From IMG/VR virus record IMGVR_UViG_3300035492_000180, positions 1,353 to 65,352 of that record: a stretch of 64,000 nt of DNA; one strand, written 5' to 3'. The position numbers and the translations under genes are program-made. The stretch is from a virus. Under the pieces are notes generated by a model. That model had not been told where the DNA came from. It saw only the letters and a list, made by a program, of their open reading frames with translations, and did no database searches. Positions 57,722 through 64,000 of this stretch are shown here, one piece after another; the first letter of the stretch is position 1, and every line of letters starts with the position of its first letter.

Positions 57722-58177
57722 ATGTCAACTGCGGGCCAAAACATCATAAATAGAGTAATCTTGGCAATGGCAAATACGCTCAATGAAACACAGCAGCATG
57801 TGAGAGACCTTGAGCGAGCTCTGAAGCATGAGATTCAGTGTGTTGAAGCTTGCAAGGAAAAGCTTAGCAAGAAAGGTTATTACGATCAGCTAAATGAGAA
57901 AGTGAATGATATGATCATTGAAATGAATGAGGATTTATTCACACGTCTTAAAAATGCAGAAACCGCTAATATTATGCTACAGAAAGAAAATGTGCTTCTT
58001 AAGGATGGGTTGGCACAGTCTGAAAAAGAGTTAGAGGAAGCTAGAGGAGAGATTTATAAGCTTCAAGAGACTCCTACAGATAGGGCTCTCTTGATCGAAG
58101 AGCGCGACAAGCTACGTTACAAGCTCGTCTATATGGAGAAAATTCATGCCAGAAACAAGCACGCATTGATAGTTTAG
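57722..58177 (+). CDS. coiled-coil hypothetical protein
   Basis: 151-aa heptad-rich ORF. Confidence 0.55.
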   Translation: MSTAGQNIINRVILAMANTLNETQQHVRDLERALKHEIQCVEACKEKLSKKGYYDQLNEKVNDMIIEMNEDLFTRLKNAETANIMLQKENVLLKDGLAQSEKELEEARGEIYKLQETPTDRALLIEERDKLRYKLVYMEKIHARNKHALIV

Positions 58178-58217
58178 AGAAAGCTCTGGGCGAAATTTAT
58201 TGGAGCAACGACAGCAA

Positions 58218-58606
58218 ATGAAGATGATTTTTACGAAGTAGCTAAAAACAAGCTGAATGAACTCCTCGCTGTAACCCAGGATATTGCAACAGATCCTGCT
58301 GTAAATGGAGGCTATGTACTTGCACCTAATTTCAGAGGATATGCTCTTTTAGGTCTTGGGTAATACGTTATTTATATTTGTGGTGAGAAAGACAATGATT
58401 ATGACGAGTTAGTTATCAGACCTGCCACAACTGTTGAATCGATGACAAGGAAGCTTAATGAGCTTGTCGAAACACAATTAGAATTTATTCCAGTTGAAAA
58501 TATTGCTGTCAGAATTGCTTTCACAAATAAAGCAGCTATTTACAACATTATTACAAGTTTGGTTGTGCTGCGAGATGCTGGAGGTAACACAAATGAACAG
58601 AATTAA
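58218..58606 (+). pseudogene. interrupted ORF (frameshift at T5 run 58228-58232 and in-frame TAA at 58361)
   Basis: Coding-like frame YEVAKNKLNELL..GGYVLAPNFRGYALLGLG*YVIYICGE.. with no in-frame ATG of its own. Confidence 0.45.
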
Positions 58607-58927
58607 AAAAGCTTTTAGAATTCTTGATAAAGGAGAAAGAGTTGTTGTTATAGAACCTCTTTCATTAACCAAAGATGTGAGCAAAGCACTTTTTCTGATG
58701 AATACATTAGATTAGAGTACGGTCTCAAAATATCTTATCATGCTGTTATAAACACAGCACAAAACTTCAAGTCTCAGAAAGAAGATATAGAGAAAGCAAT
58801 TTTTCAATTTCTTTATGGAGAGTTCTTGATGGACCTTAGCGATATCCAAATAACTGTTTACAACAGAGACAATGAGAACGCAATCGCAAAGATCCAAGAG
58901 CTGCTTAAGAAACTAACAGATTGATAT

Positions 58928-58951
58928 GCGTTGTATTATCCATCTTATATG
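58928..58951 (+). promoter_or_regulatory. class A motif, copy 3
   Basis: gcg-ttgtattat-CCATCTTATATG, ~20 nt upstream of AAGGAG and ATG 58972. Confidence 0.65.
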
Positions 58952-58971
58952 GTATCCTAAAGGAGTACAAA

Positions 58972-59319
58972 ATGAAGACACTCGAAACTACCGCACTATT
59001 TTGTGAAGCTTTCTTGAAGCAACAAGAAGTTATTATTCGTTTGAGCAAAGAAATTGAAACACTTTCTGCTCAACTGGAGGAACTCAATGAAATGTATGAA
59101 CAAGAGGAAGCATCGAACCGTATAAGAGGTGCTAATCAGACTAATTATATCGTAGCAGAGGAAGAGGATTCTGAAAACTCTGCATCGGACTGTGCATACA
59201 AGATTATGAAAGAGATCTCAGAGGTTTTTAAAAAGAAGGGTAAATTTAATGGATTGAAATACTCTAGCACAGAGAATGGTAAGCAGCTATTTGTAACAAT
59301 GAGCTTCTCACTAGAATGA
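58972..59319 (+). CDS. hypothetical coiled-coil protein
   Basis: AAGGAG RBS. Confidence 0.6.
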   Translation: MKTLETTALFCEAFLKQQEVIIRLSKEIETLSAQLEELNEMYEQEEASNRIRGANQTNYIVAEEEDSENSASDCAYKIMKEISEVFKKKGKFNGLKYSSTENGKQLFVTMSFSLE

Positions 59320-59759
59320 ACATCTTCTTTGTAGATTGGGATCCTGAAGAAGCAGCGCGCTGTTTGTTTGATAAGCATGTTGTGAAAATGCCTCTTGAAA
59401 CAGCGCAAATACTCTCAACAATCTATGGAGGTCCTTATAAGCCCACTCATGCTAATCATCCTTGTACACTTTGGACAAGAGAAAGGGAAGACAATTATGT
59501 TTGGCTTTGTAAGCATGGTATCGCATTGTGCAATGAATTTACGAGAAGATATGGAAAAATTCACAAATCGAGAGAAGTAATTGAAGAGGCTTTTATTTAT
59601 TATCGTAGGCTAAAACTTAAGAAAGGATGGTCAACTCCAGCTCTTTGCATGCCAGATGAGTTTAAGTCAGATAATATTGTTGAAGCATACAGGTCTTACT
59701 ATCATTCAAAAATCAACATAGCAAAGTGGAAATATGGAAATAAACCTTCATGGTGGTAA
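59316..59759 (+). CDS. pyrimidine-dimer DNA glycosylase family (DenV-like)
   Basis: MNIF..D..AA..L.DKHVVKM.LETAQIL..THANHPC..W motif. Confidence 0.75.
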   Translation: MNIFFVDWDPEEAARCLFDKHVVKMPLETAQILSTIYGGPYKPTHANHPCTLWTREREDNYVWLCKHGIALCNEFTRRYGKIHKSREVIEEAFIYYRRLKLKKGWSTPALCMPDEFKSDNIVEAYRSYYHSKINIAKWKYGNKPSWW

Positions 59760-60009
59760 GTACAAAAAAGTTCTAGACTACCATATAATGGGGATCCCTT
59801 GCAAGATAGGTGTAGTGGATTATCATCATCAACCTGCCTTTAAAGGGTCTCCTCAGTTGTGTTGGTCTGATCTAGATTACTATGGGTATACGGAAATAGA
59901 ATATCTTGTTCTAGACAGAAAAGGATATAAAGCTGATTGGCTTGCAAGAAAAATCGATGAAGACATTGATTCGGAGATCCAGCAATTCATAAAAGAGAGC
60001 TATGATTGA
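59734..60009 (+). CDS. hypothetical protein
   Basis: 91-aa ORF overlapping both neighbours. Confidence 0.5.
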   Translation: MEINLHGGKYKKVLDYHIMGIPCKIGVVDYHHQPAFKGSPQLCWSDLDYYGYTEIEYLVLDRKGYKADWLARKIDEDIDSEIQQFIKESYD

Positions 60010-60911
60010 TGATACGTAGACCTATGCTCGCTCCACAAGAAGACCCGATGAGCTATCCAAAGTTCTTTAAAGACTTGCAGTACCCTCTACTAGCCTCACC
60101 AAAATTTGATGGTATTCGTGGTGTGGTACAAGGTGCTGTAATGTCTAGAACAATGAAACCAATTAGGAGCTATCAAGTACAAGACAGGTATAAAGACCTC
60201 AGATTTTGTGACGGTGAACTAATCATTGGTGAGCCGACGAACCCTGATTGTTATAATCTTTGTCAGTCGCATGTAATGTCTTTCGACAAGCCGCACGAAG
60301 ATCTTCGGTATTATGTGTTCGATTGGACAGAGCATACGAGCCTAGAATTTTACCGAAGGTTAGAGAAGGCTGAGGAGTATGTAAACAAAGTACACGCTTC
60401 GGTAGAAAATCTCTTCTTTGTTCCTCATGTAATTATTGAAAACGAGGACGATCTTTTGTCTTTTGAAGATAAGTGTCTTGAAGAAGGATATGAAGGTATC
60501 ATGGGGAGAGATCCTCTTGGTATTTACAAAGAGGGGCGCGCGACATGGAAACAAGCTCTTATCTTCAAGTTGAAAAGGTTTACAGATGATGAAGGCTTGA
60601 TTGTAGGCTTTGAAGAGGGCACAGAAAACAAAAATGAGCAGGAGACTGATGAGCGTGGTTATGCAAAAAGAAGCAAGGCTAGAGATGGCTTAGTAGCTTC
60701 GGGAATGCTTGGCAAGTTTCTTGTAGACTATAAAGGTCTTTTACTGAAAGTTGCGCCAGGTAATTTTAAACACGAGCAGAGAAAGGAAATATGGGAGCGG
60801 CAAGATGAGTATTTGAACAAGCATCTCAAGTTTAGGTTCTTTGGTTATGGTGTAAAGGATCTCCCTAGATTTCCACGCGCAGTAGGTTTTCGAGATAAAG
60901 AGGACATGTGA
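60006..60911 (+). CDS. ATP-dependent DNA ligase
   Basis: SPKFDGIR (KxDG), DGEL, VFD, EGIM, KLKRF, PRFP motifs. Confidence 0.92.
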   Translation: MMIRRPMLAPQEDPMSYPKFFKDLQYPLLASPKFDGIRGVVQGAVMSRTMKPIRSYQVQDRYKDLRFCDGELIIGEPTNPDCYNLCQSHVMSFDKPHEDLRYYVFDWTEHTSLEFYRRLEKAEEYVNKVHASVENLFFVPHVIIENEDDLLSFEDKCLEEGYEGIMGRDPLGIYKEGRATWKQALIFKLKRFTDDEGLIVGFEEGTENKNEQETDERGYAKRSKARDGLVASGMLGKFLVDYKGLLLKVAPGNFKHEQRKEIWERQDEYLNKHLKFRFFGYGVKDLPRFPRAVGFRDKEDM

Positions 60912-61147
60912 TGAAAAACAAATTTTGTGTTAACTGCAAGCATTTTGACAATTCTGAGGCACCTGTGTGTACGCGTAATGTTGTCTACGATCTTGTCTTT
61001 GGTAAGGTAGTCAGTGGAGAGACATACCCAGCTATTGAGGAAAGGTACCCTGATTCTGGATACTTGGAAAAAGTTTACAGTGTCTCTTCCGATTATACAG
61101 GGCCTTGTGATTTTGAAGGCGGATTCTTTGTACAGAAGGTAGCCTGA
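60908..61147 (+). CDS. small Cys-rich protein
   Basis: CVNCKHF..C..DLVFG..C..EG.FF. Confidence 0.55.
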   Translation: MMKNKFCVNCKHFDNSEAPVCTRNVVYDLVFGKVVSGETYPAIEERYPDSGYLEKVYSVSSDYTGPCDFEGGFFVQKVA

Positions 61148-61380
61148 ATGTCTGAGGAAAAGATTTGCAGAGAATGCAAGTTCTTTGTACACGAAGCTTA
61201 TTGCAGATTTTATGCAAAAGGCATATAGTTACAGGCGAGTTTAAGAACTTCAAGAGTTGCTATGAAATGAGAGGGCTAACTGAAATGTCAAACCTAGATT
61301 ACGATGAGCGTTGTGGAACAGTGGGGAGGTTCTATGAAAAACTTCAAGTTACCAAAACCACTGAACAGCAAAATAGTTGA
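61148..61380 (+). pseudogene. paralogous Cys-rich protein split by a -1 frameshift at ~61216
   Basis: MSEEKICRECKFF..YAK in one frame; RHIVTG..C.E.R..CG..GRFYE in the -1 frame. Confidence 0.45.
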
Positions 61381-61661
61381 GGTTGATGGTATACAATATG
61401 AGAAGCTGCCTTCGGGTGGCTTCTTTATTGAAATAAATCTTGAGAAGACTTTTTGTCTTTGTGGAGAAAGCCTTGAAAGGATCTGTTCGTTCTTCGGCAC
61501 TGACGCATGTCAAGACTTCTACCCAGCCTGTAGAAAGGCGAACATTTATTATCAACCGAAAAGAGACTCAGTTCCTGAGCAAAACAACGCTGGAAGCAAT
61601 CCAACAAAACTTAAAACACCGTCCATTTCTTCGATAACCACACCTAAGATCAGGAAAAAGA

Positions 61662-61859
61662 ATGAGCAATCAAAATAACAAAGAGATTATATCTTCTGAT
61701 GCTTTCGAGGACTTTATTAAAGAAAGAGGCTTCTATGATGCTCAAGAATTTCTCGATGCTTATTATGATAAGTTCATCGAGATGATTGAAACAGGATCAG
61801 CCTATTTCTTTGATGAAGAGAAGGTCCTAATTACGCTTACAATCTTTAAGGAAAAGTAA
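61662..61859 (+). CDS. small acidic hypothetical protein
   Basis: AGGA RBS; coupled to the DHH gene. Confidence 0.5.
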   Translation: MSNQNNKEIISSDAFEDFIKERGFYDAQEFLDAYYDKFIEMIETGSAYFFDEEKVLITLTIFKEK

Positions 61860-61860
61860 A

Positions 61861-62706
61861 ATGCAACGACTAATTGTTTATCACGGACCTACTTGTCTTG
61901 ACGGTCTTATGTCTGCAGCCATTGCAAAGATGCGTTTCCCTCATGCAGAATTTATGGTCGGCCAATATCAGACAGATATTGATATCAATATGTTTAGAGA
62001 TAAGGAAGTGTTCATTCTTGATTTCTCTTATCCTCGCGGGATCATGCGAGAGATTTGTGAAGTTGCTAAGTTTGTATTTTGGGTTGACCATCATAAGTCT
62101 GCAATCGACGCTATGGAGGGGTTTACTCATCAATGCTTCATGCGTAAGGTGAGCATCGAAAGAAGTGGATGTGCTCTTACTTGGGAGTTCCTGTATCCTT
62201 ACGAAGAAATTCCATGGATTGTGAAGTATGTAGAAGATCGGGATATTTGGAAATGGGAATATATTGAAACAGCTGCAGTAACTGCTGCTCTGTATTCATA
62301 TCCTGCAGAGGTTGAAGTGATGTATAATTTCTTGTCTGCTGGTAAAACTCAACTCGATCAGCTTCGGCATGAAGGTAAGGCCTTGCTTCGAGCAAGACAA
62401 AAAGAAATTGAGTTGACGATTAAGTCAGGCTTAACCTTCACACAATGGGATCATGAAGGTGCTGTTTATATGGTGCCTATACTTAATTGCAGTCCTAGTA
62501 TTAGTTCTGAAGTAGGTAATATCTTATCACAAGAGCATCCTTTTGCAGTAATGTGGTTTGACTTCAAAGACTATTGTGGTTGGAGTCTACGTTCAGCAAA
62601 AGAAAATCCAGACCATGTTGATGTAAGCAAGATTGCAATCATTCGGGGAGGTGGTGGGCATAGACACGCCGCCGGTTTTAAAACAGAAAAGCCTACGTTG
62701 TTCTAA
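61861..62706 (+). CDS. DHH/DHHA1 phosphoesterase
   Basis: YHG..CLDG, LDFS, VDHH, SLRS and GGGHRHAAGF motifs. Confidence 0.88.
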   Translation: MQRLIVYHGPTCLDGLMSAAIAKMRFPHAEFMVGQYQTDIDINMFRDKEVFILDFSYPRGIMREICEVAKFVFWVDHHKSAIDAMEGFTHQCFMRKVSIERSGCALTWEFLYPYEEIPWIVKYVEDRDIWKWEYIETAAVTAALYSYPAEVEVMYNFLSAGKTQLDQLRHEGKALLRARQKEIELTIKSGLTFTQWDHEGAVYMVPILNCSPSISSEVGNILSQEHPFAVMWFDFKDYCGWSLRSAKENPDHVDVSKIAIIRGGGGHRHAAGFKTEKPTLF

Positions 62707-62945
62707 TGACTTATTTTCGAAATCATGTTGACTCCGTTGAGGAGAAGTTGTGTTTCTCTCATAGAGAAAGGCGTAAAGGTTCTTATGTATACAAAGTTGA
62801 GAATGGGAGAGCAGATAAGAAACATCAACGATTCTTTTGTCACGAGTGTATCAACAAATATGATCTTTCAGCTTTTGTGATACCCGTCACCCGCCGCCCA
62901 CGTGCTGCACTCTCCGGTACTCGCCAGGAGTGCACAGAAACCTAG
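62706..62945 (+). CDS. hypothetical protein (Cys/His) running into a GC-rich island
   Basis: CFSH..CHEC; C-terminus encoded by GC-rich DNA. Confidence 0.4.
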   Translation: MTYFRNHVDSVEEKLCFSHRERRKGSYVYKVENGRADKKHQRFFCHECINKYDLSAFVIPVTRRPRAALSGTRQECTET

Positions 62946-63107
62946 CAGGTTGGGCCAGGGCCAGGCGCGGAGCACAGCGGGATGGCTCGGGTATCACCGG
63001 CACCCTGCGGCCCGCCTGCGCCCACTCTGCGCATCTGGGAGGCACCCGCCTAACTAGATGATCTATATCAAAATTTTAGAGGTTGAAATGCGCCAGTAAA
63101 GCCGAAG

Positions 63108-63124
63108 CCGTCAATTTAATGACC
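63108..63124 (+). promoter_or_regulatory. class B motif, copy 4
   Basis: CCGTCAATTTAATGACC, followed by a cccctaga..tctagggg hairpin. Confidence 0.55.
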
Positions 63125-63215
63125 CCTAGATAGCTATAATGCCTTCTAGGGGTAAACATTTAAAAGTTTCAGGTGAGAGTAATACACTTTCACCTTCCTC
63201 TGGTGAATCTCCAAC

Positions 63216-63243
63216 GCGGAGAAACACCCATCTTATATGGAGA
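63216..63243 (+). promoter_or_regulatory. class A motif, copy 4
   Basis: gcg-gagaaacac-CCATCTTATATG-gaga. Confidence 0.7.
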
Positions 63244-63293
63244 ACCTGCATGGTGCAGACCACCTCCATAATTTTAATTCAAAGGAAAATGCT

Positions 63294-63863
63294 ATGTCGC
63301 AAATCATGAACAAAGTCGCCGTTGAACTCGAGGACGGCTCGGTAAAGTTGTTTGACACGAAGGCTGAAGCTGTCGACTTCCTGCGCCGTCCTGCTCAAAC
63401 TAAAGCGCTCCGCGCGTTCATTCAAGACAATGATGACCTCGTCAACTGGATTATCGACGTTCAGGACGACCTGAGTGGTGCGTTCGAATCGGCCAAGGTT
63501 CGTCGAGTCACCAAAGCCGAGAAGAAGGCGCTTGAGAAGGCTCTGGAGTCTGTTAAGGAGTCGGGCGACAAGAGCTTCTCTTTCCTGGTCGAGAATGCTG
63601 CAGCTATCGTTTCGTCCTTCCGCTGGCCGTCGGTTAAGCGTGGCTCAGAAGAAGAGCAGAAGGAAATGATCATTAACGCCGTCAAGGAGCTGACTGATGG
63701 TGATGCTGATCTTGCAACGTGGCTTGTCGAGAGTAAGGACGCCATTCTCGAAGCGCTCGAGGCTGGCAAAGTCAAGCGTGAGGTGTCGCCGAAAGCAGCT
63801 GAAGGGCTGGCTCGCTGGCGTGCTGAACAGGCTGCTAAGAAGGCAGCCGAAGCTGCTGAATAA
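63294..63863 (+). CDS. highly expressed hypothetical early protein
   Basis: AAAGGA RBS, strong codon bias, flanked by a class A motif and a terminator. Confidence 0.7.
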   Translation: MSQIMNKVAVELEDGSVKLFDTKAEAVDFLRRPAQTKALRAFIQDNDDLVNWIIDVQDDLSGAFESAKVRRVTKAEKKALEKALESVKESGDKSFSFLVENAAAIVSSFRWPSVKRGSEEEQKEMIINAVKELTDGDADLATWLVESKDAILEALEAGKVKREVSPKAAEGLARWRAEQAAKKAAEAAE

Positions 63864-63870
63864 GTAGCAT

Positions 63871-63914
63871 AAAGGGGTAGTCCGGGTTAATTCCTGGGCT
63901 ACCCCTATTTTTTA
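63871..63914 (+). terminator. intrinsic terminator
   Basis: aggggtagtccggg..cctgggctacccct-attttttt. Confidence 0.75.
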
Positions 63915-64000
63915 GAAAACATTTACTTTTTGAGGCCGACCAATGTATACCTTTATCGTCGAAAGTCTTACTCACGAGAATTTGCTTAAGATTTATGCAA

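Noticed and set aside
57722-58606. Stop-codon readthrough (TAG 58175, TAA 58361) making one long protein
   Set aside because: Two different stops would need suppression; homopolymer indels or decay explain it more simply
63478-63495. GTTCGAATC T-loop-like sequence (also GTTCAAATCC at 40741)
   Set aside because: Inside coding frames, with no cloverleaf or acceptor stem; no tRNA called
1-64000. CRISPR array, integrase/repressor, alternative genetic code, base-modification cluster (e.g. PurZ)
   Set aside because: No regularly spaced repeats; no lysogeny genes seen; long genes end at standard stops; no recognisable modification enzymes

Overview
This 64 kb window is most of a lytic tailed dsDNA phage genome with siphovirus-type morphogenesis genes. 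Essentially all real genes are on the + strand. Order: small accessory genes and an HNH (1-2.1 kb); terminase, a tail-fibre-like block and lysis cassette (2.5-12.3 kb); portal, a K/A-rich basic protein and a large MuF/SPP1-gp7 head-protein::T7-like RNA polymerase fusion split by two group I introns (12.6-21.1 kb); scaffold, capsid, neck, tail tube, -1 frameshifted chaperone, tape measure and tail tip (21.7-38.7 kb); small early-type genes and a second T7-like RNA polymerase, also split by two group I introns (38.8-45.2 kb); a T7-like replication and nucleotide module with SSB, family A DNA polymerase, MazG-like protein, 5'-3' exonuclease, intein-containing primase-helicase, class II RNR, glutaredoxin, DenV-like glycosylase, ligase and DHH phosphoesterase (46-63 kb). 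The most striking system is an inferred two-polymerase transcription cascade. The ~1557-aa RNAP carries a head-morphogenesis domain and is probably packaged in the virion. The second RNAP is ~750 aa. Two distinct repeated intergenic motifs (GCG-N9-CCATCTTATATG x4; CCGTCARTTTAAKGRCC x4) look like their promoters. All four introns can be spliced by eye using P1 U-G pairs and terminal Gs; three restore catalytic motifs A, B and C, and the fourth interrupts the specificity-loop region. No tRNA, rRNA or CRISPR array was seen. All family assignments come from motif recognition by eye, with no database search.
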